A stretch of 64,000 nucleotides of DNA from Desulfatiglandales bacterium (GTDB taxonomy: Bacteria; Desulfobacterota; DSM-4660; Desulfatiglandales; HGW-15), in NCBI GenBank assembly GCA_963667015.2, contig CAXXJJ010000004.1, positions 2,336,001 to 2,400,000 of the forward strand. The letters run 5' to 3'. The position numbers and the translations under genes are program-made. Position 1 is the first letter of the stretch. The number at the start of each line of letters is the position of its first letter. The notes beneath the pieces were generated by a model. That model saw nothing but the letters and a program-made list of their open reading frames with translations, was not told the origin of the DNA and did not search any database. Shown here one piece after another: positions 10,302 to 19,750 of this stretch.

Positions 10302-10730
10302 ATGATAGTAAAATCCATTTTTTATAGTCTTTTTAGTCATACTGCTGACCTTGGCATGTCAGTCACTGGCCATTCCTGTGAAGAGCTTTTTATGAACGCA
10401 GGATTAGCCTTTTCAGAACTTCTCGTGGATAATAAAGCACCTAAAATTAATCATAAATTAAAAATTTCACTTCATGGAAATGATCTGCCTGATCTGATGG
10501 TCAGATGGCTGTCTGAAATCCTGTATCTCTTTGAGGGCGAAAGAGTGGTTGTAACTGAAATATTTATTAACGTCATAAATAGAAATAATTTAATATCAAC
10601 TCTTTCAGTCATGAACTTTGACAACCGATATCATGGGGTTGTGAGGGAAATCAAGGCAGTAACATATCATCAGATAGAGGTTAAAGAAGAAGACGGAATC
10701 TGGACAGCAAGAATAATATTTGACCTCTAA
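10302..10730 (+). CDS. Archease
   Basis: HTADLG, WLSEILYL, EIKAVTYHQ, C-terminal IIFDL; 9 bp upstream of rtcB. Confidence 0.93.
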   Translation: MIVKSIFYSLFSHTADLGMSVTGHSCEELFMNAGLAFSELLVDNKAPKINHKLKISLHGNDLPDLMVRWLSEILYLFEGERVVVTEIFINVINRNNLISTLSVMNFDNRYHGVVREIKAVTYHQIEVKEEDGIWTARIIFDL

Positions 10731-10739
10731 AGGTAATAC

Positions 10740-12173
10740 ATGGAAATCAAACTCGAAAAAATAGACGATAACCGATGGCTCATTCCCAAAACCGGAAAAA
10801 TGAGGGTTTCGGGGATGATATTTTCCAGTCCCCGGTTGATCGGTGAAGTCAGAGAAGACCAGAGCATCACACAGGTTGCCAATGTGAGTACCCTGCCCGG
10901 CATTGTGGGACATTCTCTTGCCATGCCGGATATCCACTGGGGATATGGTTTTCCCATCGGCGGTGTAGCGGCATTTCGAATGGATGACGGGATTGTATCA
11001 CCCGGCGGTGTGGGATATGATATCAACTGCGGCTGTCGTCTCATGGCAACCGGCCTTGAGGCTTCCGATATAAAACCTTATATAAGAGATATCATCCTTT
11101 CGCTATACAGGGATATTCCCCTTGGTGTCGGTAAAGGGGGCACTATCAGGCTTTCTAAAAGAGATGAGGCCATGGTTGCCACTGAAGGTGCTGCCTGGGC
11201 AATCAAAAATGGATTTGGCAGCCGCGAAGACCTATTAAAAACAGAGGACAATGGAACCATGCAGGGGGCTGACCCTGAAGTGCTGAGTGAACGGGCTGTA
11301 AAAAGGGGACTCGATCAACTGGGCACCCTTGGTTCAGGAAATCATTTTCTGGAGATACAGGTAGTTGATCAGATCTATGATAAAACAATTGCCGATCGTT
11401 TTAACCTGCATGAAGGCCAGATCACGGTATTTCTGCATACCGGATCAAGAGGTTTCGGACATCAGATCTGTGATGATTTCCTGAAAAAAATGTCCGAAAA
11501 ACCACAGATCCCGGATCTCCCGGACAGGCAGCTTGCATGCGCGCCAATCAACTCCGGCATTGGCAGGAGATATCTCTCCGCAATGGCCTGTGCTGCGAAT
11601 TATGCCTGGGCCAACAGGCAGGTCCTGATGCACCTGGCCAGTGAATCAATGCTGAGATCCCTTGGAACAGATCCGGGGACACTTCGCATGTCTCTTCTTT
11701 ATGATGTTTCACATAATATAATTAAAAAGGAATATCACACCATAGACGGCAGGAAAACACTCCTCTGTGTTCACAGAAAGGGTGCTACACGCTCTTTCCC
11801 TCCGGGACACGATATCCTGCCGGATATATATAAAGACACAGGTCAGCCCGTACTGATCCCCGGGGACATGGGGACCTGTTCATATGTACTTGCAGGAGAT
11901 CATGGCGCCATGGAGAAGAGTTTCGGTTCAAGCTGTCATGGAGCGGGGCGCATCCTGAGCAGAAGCAGTGCCATAAAAAAAGCAAAAGGCAGATCCATAC
12001 AAAGAGAACTTGAAGACAGGGGAATCTTTGTGCAGGCAGGAGGTAAAAACACCCTTAAGGAGGAAATGCCCGAGGCCTATAAGGATGTATCAGAGGTTGT
12101 GGAAGTAGTGCATCAGGCAGGACTGGCGAGAAAGATTGCACGTCTAAGACCGCTTGGAGTAATTAAAGGATAG
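10740..12173 (+). CDS. rtcB: RNA-splicing/repair ligase RtcB
   Basis: MPDIHWGYGFPIGGV, GYDINCG, LGTLGSGNHFLE, HTGSRG, HN, HRKGAT, PGDMG, SCHGAGR, EEMPEAYK. Confidence 0.97.
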   Translation: MEIKLEKIDDNRWLIPKTGKMRVSGMIFSSPRLIGEVREDQSITQVANVSTLPGIVGHSLAMPDIHWGYGFPIGGVAAFRMDDGIVSPGGVGYDINCGCRLMATGLEASDIKPYIRDIILSLYRDIPLGVGKGGTIRLSKRDEAMVATEGAAWAIKNGFGSREDLLKTEDNGTMQGADPEVLSERAVKRGLDQLGTLGSGNHFLEIQVVDQIYDKTIADRFNLHEGQITVFLHTGSRGFGHQICDDFLKKMSEKPQIPDLPDRQLACAPINSGIGRRYLSAMACAANYAWANRQVLMHLASESMLRSLGTDPGTLRMSLLYDVSHNIIKKEYHTIDGRKTLLCVHRKGATRSFPPGHDILPDIYKDTGQPVLIPGDMGTCSYVLAGDHGAMEKSFGSSCHGAGRILSRSSAIKKAKGRSIQRELEDRGIFVQAGGKNTLKEEMPEAYKDVSEVVEVVHQAGLARKIARLRPLGVIKG

Positions 12174-12175
12174 AT

Positions 12176-15100
12176 TTACATGCAGACAGTGCCATAATAC
12201 CCGCAGAACCGGCACTCAGAATTTTCTTTTACAGCTGTTTCCGAACCATTCAACCATTTACTGTCTTTTTCAAACTCATCTATCTTTGACGCAATACCTG
12301 AAAAAACATCCAGCGGATTTCCCTGCCAGCTGCATTCTTTAAGGCATCCATTATTTAGAAAATAGATATATTGTTTATCTACTTTTTCATTCAGGATTTT
12401 TTCAAGTGCCCATTTATAAAAGGCGAGCTGGATATCATAACCGTTTTCAGTAATAACCTGTTCCGGATCTTTTGTTCCAAGATCATTACTTTTCCAGTCA
12501 ATGATTGACCAGAGTCCTGTTTCCGGATCTTTTATAATTCTGTCCATGACTCCCCTGAATTCGATACCTGGAAGGGCACTGGTCAAAAATGGTATCTCAG
12601 CATATGCTGTTTTCCCTGCCATCAGATCGATCAGTTTCCTGTCATTCACTGCCTGCCTCAGCAGTTCTTCTGCTCTTTCAAGACATGAATCAGCAATGGA
12701 GCCTGATGAATTTATCCTTTTCCCGGTATACTCAAACAGGCTGGCATCAAAACCTGCACCGAATTCATGTTTCTCCAGATACTTATGGATAAAGTTTCCA
12801 ATGAAAAGTGCATCCTTTGAATCATATTCTTCTGCATCCTGCCCTGCTGCGTTAATATCTTCATAATATTCGGCATCAACATATTCAGAAGTATGTTCTT
12901 CTTCCTTAAGCTTCAGAACGGAGTTGTAATAGAACCGAACCGGGCATTTCATAAAGATACGTATTGAGGTAAAGCTGAGCTGGAAGTATGGATCTGATCT
13001 TACCGGATTCGTAAAGTCCAGTTTTTTTATATCATCGTCATATACCCCAAAGGAATTCCTGTCGGGCTTTTCAGGATCATAGGCAATACCCTTAAAAGGT
13101 CTTGCCTTTATATCACATTTTCTTACTACCGGAGCAAAATCATCATTGCTCCCTTCACAGTACCCGCTGCTTTCTTCATCCAGCACATAAATATCCGACA
13201 AAAGCTGATTTATGTTGGCGCCCTGCCTGTAATCATCAGAAGTAAGATATGCTTTTTTGTTACCTGTCTTTTTCTCATTATCTGCACATATAAGTACAAG
13301 ATGATTTTCCGCCCTTGTACACCCGACATAAAAGACTCTTCTGTTTTCGGCTGTTTCCTCAAGCCTGTTCCTCTCCAGAAGGAGATGTCCGAGCGGGCTA
13401 AGTTTTTTCCGGTAATCAAATCCGGGCATCTCAACCTGCCACACAGGTATCTCACCTTCATGCCTGTTCCAGTCAGCAGGTTCATTTTTTTCAGATCTGT
13501 AAAGCCTTACCGGCCTTCCGGGTTCGGGATTAAGGCGACTTCTTCTGTCCAGTTGAGGTATGATAACCATGGGAAATTCAAGTCCCTTTGCGGCATGTAT
13601 GGTCATCAGGGATATGGCGCTGTTTTCTCCTGAGGCATTGATCGCTTCCCCTTCATCCTCATCCCTGTTCGCCATTTCAAGGCAGTATCCAACAAATTCC
13701 TGCAAAGATCCGTTTTCATCATTCTGGAATCTTCTTGCTATGTCTATAAGTTTTTCCATATTTTGCAGACCCTGCTCTCCTCCGGGTTGAGAGGAATAGG
13801 TGGCTACAAGGAAACGCTGGGAGATTATAGTTCTTATCAATTCGGTTATAGGAAGCCTGGTTGACAAAAACCGCCATGATTCAAGCTGGTTTTTTATTCT
13901 CTTTATATAAGGTATATCGGAATTTTTGATTCCTTCCGCCGGATTATTTTTATTATAAAAAAGATCGAATATCTCCGGATCACTCAAGCCGAATATCTGC
14001 CCCCTGAGACAGCCCAGAAGTGAAATTTTCTGTCTTTCATCGGCCAGATAGTTAAGCAGCTGAAGCATCTCTATCACCTCTCTGCTTTTGTAAAACCCCT
14101 TGCCTCGGTGGATGACGAAAGGGATACCCACCTCTCTCAATATATTTTCATATGTCTTTATATGTGTGAAGGCATAAAAAAGTATACCTATTGCTCGTTC
14201 TTTTTTTTCCAGCTTTTTTCTTATATCCTTAAAGGCGGTGTATTCACAGCAGTCTGTTCCATTCCTGCCAAGTATGGATTCAATTAACTGTGCTATCAGG
14301 GCGGCTTCGGTTTCTGCATTATTGCTTCTACCGGATGTCACCGTTGGCATTAATATGGACACCGATCCCTTATCCTGGACATTTTTTTTATGTTCAGGCA
14401 TATGAATATCTCTCGGGGCGGTCTCATAAATTTTTATTTCACCTGCATACTTATTGCTGAATATCTCCTCAAAGGTCCTGTTGAAGAATGCAATAGGATT
14501 AGTGTCGCTTCTGAAATTATGGGGCAGGTATATATCTCCCCCGAGGATTTTTTCCTGTTCTGCAGCGGGAAGAATTTCAAATCTTTTTCTTTGTACCTCC
14601 GGATCAAAATCATCGTCAATCTCCTTTATCCTTCCGGAATATCTGTCTGACTTCCAGAATAATGGTAGAGGATCGGTATTTGAACCCTTTATCTCTTTAT
14701 TGACTCTTTCAAATACCGTTACATCACCGCCACGAAACCTGTAGATGGCCTGCCTTTTATCTCCTACAACAAATATCTTTCCTGGAAGCAATAATTTACC
14801 GGAGGGATTTGAGGTATCCAGGCAGAGCGATCTGATGATATCCCACTGTATCCTGTTGGTGTCCTGGAATTCATCCACCATTATATACCTGTACCGGTTC
14901 TGTATCTTTTTAATGCGTGATGAGTCACCACCTCTGAGCATATTACTTAAAAATGCGAACGACTTTGTCTCGAGGTCGGAGAAATCCAGGCAGTTTATTT
15001 TTTCCTTTTCCCTGGAATATTTTTCTGCAGCAACCTTCACAGCATGGATAAAAAATCCCAGTTCTCTTTCAAATATGGAATCGGGATTATCCTCAATAAA

Positions 15101-16006
15101 CAAATCAGGGAAGTGCTCTGCAACCATATCTACATATGAAAGCGTTCTGAGACCTATATCGATGCTGCATTTTTTTCTCATCCTGCTGCCATTTTCTGCC
15201 AGATTCCTTAACGTCCTGAACAGTGCGGGAACAGCATAAAATTCATCTTCATTTTGACTTAGGGGGAGCCATTCATCAAAAAGATTGATAAGTTCTTCTA
15301 TGGTATCATTCCTGTCCTCAAGATATTTTAACCCTTCCATATATGGAATGATGAACCTTTCTTTTATATAAGCGCAATACTCAGTAAAAACCTTTTGTTT
15401 CCAGTCTTTTGTGCTGAACAGTCGATCAGATGTCTTAAGAACCCTTTCAAATACAGATGAATTTTCTGTCAGGTTTCTGACTGCTTTAAACAGGTTGTTT
15501 TTCCCTCCAAAGGAGCGCAGCAGAGGGATAAGTGTATTTTTGTTTTCCTGCCAGACCGAGGCCATTGCATCCTCAATGGCTTCATCCAGCAGGGCTTTCT
15601 GGCGAAATCCCTGTATAATATTAAATTGAGGATCAATACCCGATTCAACAGGGTGTTCTTTCAGGAGGTTTGCGCAGAATGAATGAATTGTTGATATCCT
15701 GTTCTTATCAAACTGATCCCTGGCGCTCTTTATCCTGTTTCTTAATTTTATATCACCCTTTTGTATGAGTCTTTTGTCAAGCTGGATAAGCATATCATAG
15801 ATCCGGCCCTTCATTTCTTCTGCTGCCTTTTCGGTAAATGTCAGTGTCAGGATCTGGGGAAGAGATACAGTATCATCGGTAAGCAGGATAAAACAAAACC
15901 GGTAGCTCAGTATCCTGGTCTTTCCTGCACCGGGGCCTGCGGTAACAACCATGTTCCGGTTGTAATCAAGGGCGCATAACTGTTGTATTGTCAATTCATT
16001 GAACAT
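12176..16006 (-). CDS. UvrD/AddA-like SF1 helicase with C-terminal PD-(D/E)XK nuclease
   Basis: AGPGAGKT, TFTEKAA, STIHSFC, VDEFQD, VGDKRQAIYRFRG, NFRS, TIHAAKGLEF, YVGCTRA; nuclease GVMDRI/IIDWKS/QLAFY; Cys in KCP plus CRFCGYYGTVC. Confidence 0.93.
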   Translation of the reverse strand: MFNELTIQQLCALDYNRNMVVTAGPGAGKTRILSYRFCFILLTDDTVSLPQILTLTFTEKAAEEMKGRIYDMLIQLDKRLIQKGDIKLRNRIKSARDQFDKNRISTIHSFCANLLKEHPVESGIDPQFNIIQGFRQKALLDEAIEDAMASVWQENKNTLIPLLRSFGGKNNLFKAVRNLTENSSVFERVLKTSDRLFSTKDWKQKVFTEYCAYIKERFIIPYMEGLKYLEDRNDTIEELINLFDEWLPLSQNEDEFYAVPALFRTLRNLAENGSRMRKKCSIDIGLRTLSYVDMVAEHFPDLFIEDNPDSIFERELGFFIHAVKVAAEKYSREKEKINCLDFSDLETKSFAFLSNMLRGGDSSRIKKIQNRYRYIMVDEFQDTNRIQWDIIRSLCLDTSNPSGKLLLPGKIFVVGDKRQAIYRFRGGDVTVFERVNKEIKGSNTDPLPLFWKSDRYSGRIKEIDDDFDPEVQRKRFEILPAAEQEKILGGDIYLPHNFRSDTNPIAFFNRTFEEIFSNKYAGEIKIYETAPRDIHMPEHKKNVQDKGSVSILMPTVTSGRSNNAETEAALIAQLIESILGRNGTDCCEYTAFKDIRKKLEKKERAIGILFYAFTHIKTYENILREVGIPFVIHRGKGFYKSREVIEMLQLLNYLADERQKISLLGCLRGQIFGLSDPEIFDLFYNKNNPAEGIKNSDIPYIKRIKNQLESWRFLSTRLPITELIRTIISQRFLVATYSSQPGGEQGLQNMEKLIDIARRFQNDENGSLQEFVGYCLEMANRDEDEGEAINASGENSAISLMTIHAAKGLEFPMVIIPQLDRRSRLNPEPGRPVRLYRSEKNEPADWNRHEGEIPVWQVEMPGFDYRKKLSPLGHLLLERNRLEETAENRRVFYVGCTRAENHLVLICADNEKKTGNKKAYLTSDDYRQGANINQLLSDIYVLDEESSGYCEGSNDDFAPVVRKCDIKARPFKGIAYDPEKPDRNSFGVYDDDIKKLDFTNPVRSDPYFQLSFTSIRIFMKCPVRFYYNSVLKLKEEEHTSEYVDAEYYEDINAAGQDAEEYDSKDALFIGNFIHKYLEKHEFGAGFDASLFEYTGKRINSSGSIADSCLERAEELLRQAVNDRKLIDLMAGKTAYAEIPFLTSALPGIEFRGVMDRIIKDPETGLWSIIDWKSNDLGTKDPEQVITENGYDIQLAFYKWALEKILNEKVDKQYIYFLNNGCLKECSWQGNPLDVFSGIASKIDEFEKDSKWLNGSETAVKENSECRFCGYYGTVCM

Positions 16007-16165
16007 AAGAATCCATGGATTTACATTTTGATGAAAAAAATATAAATTGATTATTCTCTGAAATTTACATCGTATATCGTTGAGATTTATATAAATTCGC
16101 AGAGACTGGTTTTAAACCCTTCTCTGCAACAACATAACACAATTCGATAACAAGGAGAATCAAAT

Positions 16166-16972
16166 TTGGACAGCAACATTAAGATCGCATCACTTATATT
16201 TGCAGCCGGAAAAGGCAGCAGGATGAAAGGCTATGACGGGAACAAGACAGTGCTTCCACTTGTACCGGAGGGCGACGACGTATTTAAGGGAAGCCGTCCC
16301 ATTCTGATCAGCATAATTGAAAAGCTCCCTGCAGGTCCAAAGGCCCTTGTGGTTAACCATAAAAAAGAAGATGTAATCAAGGCAACATCTTCCTTTGGTG
16401 TTTCCTACTATGAACAGCCTGAACTCAACGGGACAGGCGGAGCAATGCTGGCGGCAATGGATTTCATTAAAAATGAAGAATATGATTACCTGCTGATCAC
16501 AATGGGGGACACACCTCTTGTGAAGGCATCGACATTCATGGAACTGGTTAATTCCCTGTCTGACAGTCACATAAGTATTCTGGGCTTCTGCCCTGGAGAC
16601 AAAAAGAAGTATGGAGTATTTGATACTGAAGGCAGTAATGTAAAGAAGATCATAGAATGGGAATACTGGAACAAATACCCTGCTGATGAACAGAAAAGAC
16701 TCAATATATGTAACGGGGGCATATATGCAATTAAGAAGGATGCCCTGCTGAAATACCTTGAGTTATTAAGTGCACATCCCCACATTGTCAAAAAAGAAAG
16801 AGATGGCAAAAAGGTTGAGATAAAGGAATACTTTATAACCGATATGGTAGAGATGATGTATAATGACGGTCTTAAAACAGGTTATGTAGTTGCCGGTGAT
16901 GAGAATGAGGTGATGGGTGTTGATGATGTTGACTCTTTAAAAAAGGCGCAGCAGTTGTTTCAGCAATACTAG
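16166..16972 (+). CDS. Sugar-phosphate nucleotidyltransferase (GlmU N-terminal-like, no acetyltransferase domain)
   Basis: AAGKGSRMK..NK, QPELNGTGGA, GDTPL, YG, NGGIY, EYFITD, EVMGVD; TTG start with AAGGAG RBS. Confidence 0.85.
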   Translation: MDSNIKIASLIFAAGKGSRMKGYDGNKTVLPLVPEGDDVFKGSRPILISIIEKLPAGPKALVVNHKKEDVIKATSSFGVSYYEQPELNGTGGAMLAAMDFIKNEEYDYLLITMGDTPLVKASTFMELVNSLSDSHISILGFCPGDKKKYGVFDTEGSNVKKIIEWEYWNKYPADEQKRLNICNGGIYAIKKDALLKYLELLSAHPHIVKKERDGKKVEIKEYFITDMVEMMYNDGLKTGYVVAGDENEVMGVDDVDSLKKAQQLFQQY

Positions 16973-19371
16973 CCGAGTAATTCTCTTACCTTGCAGGCGA
17001 CCTCGCTGACAACAATCGGTTTCATTATAAATTCCTTGATCCCTATGTTTTTTGCATCCTCTTCAGAGATTACATCACTGAATCCGGTGCAGAGAATAAT
17101 AGGGATATCAGGTCTTATTGCTATTAATTCCTTTGCAAGTTGAGCACCTGTCATCTTTGGCATTGTCTGGTCGGTAATAACTATATCATAATGGTTGGGA
17201 TCTCTTTTATAGGCCGCCAGGGCATCAAGGCTGCTTGAATGTATTTCGACTGTATACCCCAGTCTTTCAAATATCTTTCTCTGAGCCTTGAGCAGGCCTT
17301 CCTCGTCATCAACCAGCAGCATAACCTCTGTGCCGCCGGGTATTGGGCGGGTTTCAATAGCATCAGCCTTTGGCAGTCTCCGGATCTTTGGGAAAAATAA
17401 AGAAAAACTTGTTCCTCTGCCCTTTTCACTCTCAACACGAATTGTACCTTTAAGTTCTTTTACAATGCCATAAACCACAGCAAGACCAAGCCCTGTACCT
17501 TCACCGCGTTCTTTGGTTGTAAAAAAGGGATCAAATATCCGCTCCATTGTGCTGTTATCCATACCATGACCGGTATCCTTTATAGTCAAACAAAGATAAG
17601 GGCCTGGACTAAGTTCAGGATAGACGGCTATGGATCTATAATCATTTTCGAACTGTTCAAGATTAATGGAAAGCGTGCCTCCGGTTTCACGCATTGCATG
17701 AGATGCATTCGTGCAAAGGTTCATCACAACCTGATGGATCTGGGTTGGATCAGCTATGACAAGATCATCTTCTTTTGATATATTCATTATAATTTCTATG
17801 GTAGATGGAAGAGAAGACCTGAGCATCTTTAATGCCTCACTGATGACCAGACTGATCTTAAGAGGTTTAAATTCAATCTCACTTTGTCTGCTGAAGGTTA
17901 AAATCTGTTTAACAAGATCGGTCGCTCTCTTTGAGGCCTTGAGGACCTCTTCCATTCTATGTTGAACAACAGTATTATCACTGTTCTCAAATTGGGCCAG
18001 CTCGGTATTTAGAATTATTGACTGCAGGATATTATTAAAATCATGTGCGATACCTCCCGCCAGGGTTCCGATAGACTCCATCTTCTGGGCCTGCTGAAGC
18101 AGAACCTCGATATTTTTTTTCTTTTCTTCAGTATTTGTCCTTTCTATCTCTGCAGATGTCCTTGCCGCCAGGATTTTCATCACATCCTCGGCCCTGTTCG
18201 GCAAAATAAGCCTGCCCTTTGACATTGCAGCCAGAACGCCCATAGGTTGTCCGTCCTTATCCAGCAGGCGTATTCCTACATAGCCATCCATTCCCAATTC
18301 CTGGATATGCGATGTCTTTGGGAAAAGCTCCAGTAACCCCACAGGAAAATAACTGTAGCCATTGGCTATAACGTTCTTGCTTGGAGATCCTTCAATTGGA
18401 AATGACACATCCTGCAACAGACGTCCGTCTTTAATAATGGAGATTGATTCAAGATATGATTTATCGACCAGCCGCCCTATCAGGGCTATGTCACAATCCA
18501 GCCATGCCGAAATCTCCCTGACAATCTTATCGAAAAAATCCTGTCCTACAACCCATGCTGTCCCCTCAAGAATTGCATTAAATGCCTTTTCAGACTGTTT
18601 CTTTTCCGTAATATCTTCAGCTATACCGACGATACGAAATGGTTTGCCCTCTTCATTATAGATTGGATATCCACGCGCTGAAATCCAGTGGATCGACCAG
18701 TCAGTATGTATTATCCTGTAGTCAGGAAAGGTTAGCTCTGTTAAATCGCCGTCGATCTTTTCCTGAAGGTATGACATGATGACTTGTTTGTCTTCGTCAA
18801 CTATTGTGTCAATCCATGACATGGGTCTTTCATAAAGGCTTTCACATGAAAGGCCCCAGACACTTTCATAGGCAGGGCTTATATAGTGGACCTGTTTCCA
18901 GTCAGGAGATACTACCCAGAAAACCTCCTGGATATTTTCCGCGAGTTGCCTGAAACGTTCTTCACTTTCCATCAAGGCCGTTTCTGCAGTTTTATGTTTT
19001 GTCTCATCCGAGTATATAGCAACTATTTCATGTGAAGGAAGCCGGTATACATTGTTTTCTTTCCAGCCGACAGTGTGGGAATCTTTATATAATGAAGCTG
19101 GATGGTGCTCAGGAATACCTGATTCCCACACTCTCCTGAACACATCGAGCAGTCCAAACTCCCTTACGCCTGGGAATACCTCTGTAACTCTTTTCCCGAT
19201 CAGATCCGCTCTCTTAACATTCTCTATTCTCTCTGCGGCCCTGTTAATCTCAACAAAGACAAAATCACTCCCGTCATCAACAGCCCTGTATACTGCGATT
19301 GCATTTCCGGTATTTTCAAAAATTCCTTCATGTCTTTCTTTGTATTTAAACAGGTCGTCTACGCCTTCCAT
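16969..19371 (-). CDS. Hybrid sensor histidine kinase (PAS-PAS-GAF-HisKA-HATPase-REC)
   Basis: LAGGIAHDFNN, NLCTNA, DTGHG, PFFTTK..GTGLGL, C-terminal LLVDDE/ITDQTMP/KP. Confidence 0.93.
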   Translation of the reverse strand: MEGVDDLFKYKERHEGIFENTGNAIAVYRAVDDGSDFVFVEINRAAERIENVKRADLIGKRVTEVFPGVREFGLLDVFRRVWESGIPEHHPASLYKDSHTVGWKENNVYRLPSHEIVAIYSDETKHKTAETALMESEERFRQLAENIQEVFWVVSPDWKQVHYISPAYESVWGLSCESLYERPMSWIDTIVDEDKQVIMSYLQEKIDGDLTELTFPDYRIIHTDWSIHWISARGYPIYNEEGKPFRIVGIAEDITEKKQSEKAFNAILEGTAWVVGQDFFDKIVREISAWLDCDIALIGRLVDKSYLESISIIKDGRLLQDVSFPIEGSPSKNVIANGYSYFPVGLLELFPKTSHIQELGMDGYVGIRLLDKDGQPMGVLAAMSKGRLILPNRAEDVMKILAARTSAEIERTNTEEKKKNIEVLLQQAQKMESIGTLAGGIAHDFNNILQSIILNTELAQFENSDNTVVQHRMEEVLKASKRATDLVKQILTFSRQSEIEFKPLKISLVISEALKMLRSSLPSTIEIIMNISKEDDLVIADPTQIHQVVMNLCTNASHAMRETGGTLSINLEQFENDYRSIAVYPELSPGPYLCLTIKDTGHGMDNSTMERIFDPFFTTKERGEGTGLGLAVVYGIVKELKGTIRVESEKGRGTSFSLFFPKIRRLPKADAIETRPIPGGTEVMLLVDDEEGLLKAQRKIFERLGYTVEIHSSSLDALAAYKRDPNHYDIVITDQTMPKMTGAQLAKELIAIRPDIPIILCTGFSDVISEEDAKNIGIKEFIMKPIVVSEVACKVRELLG

Positions 19372-19731
19372 TTTATGCCCTTTTGATGTGATATTAGCAG
19401 AAAAAATCTAATCTAATTATTTTAAGATCAATAAAATGCCAGCAGGACTTTTTCAGAGGATTATATAAATAACTGCTTATTATTACATAATTTAGGTTCA
19501 ATTATACCTGATACAACAAATAAAGCATATCTTTTTTTATATTACAGGGATTCTATAGCTTTTATCTAACATATTATATCTCTGTTATTGCAACGTATAC
19601 CCTAAAAATGTGTATACTATTTACCCTTTACAGTAATATAACTGCATACAAAATATACACTGGTAGAAATAAATATATTGCAACATTTATCTTTTTTATT
19701 TTAAATTAACCTTATACTATAATTCACCCAA

Positions 19732-19747
19732 TGGAACGGTTGTTGCT
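19732..19747 (+). promoter_or_regulatory. sigma54 (-24/-12) promoter
   Basis: TGGAAC-GGTTG-TTGCT has exact GG/GC spacing and lies directly upstream of an operon encoding a sigma54 activator. Confidence 0.65.
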
Positions 19748-19750
19748 TAT

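Noticed and set aside
10286..10314. TTGACC-N17-TAAAAT promoter-like match
   Set aside because: Overlaps the archease ATG, so the transcript would lack a start before the conserved HTAD motif; easily a chance match in AT-rich DNA
12176..12960. Cas4-like nuclease as evidence of CRISPR adaptation
   Set aside because: It is the fused C-terminal domain of a UvrD-type helicase; no cas1/cas2 or array nearby
19427..19441. Minus-strand TGGCAT..TTGA as a sigma54 promoter for the 19371 kinase
   Set aside because: Spacing is one base short and the -12 GC is absent
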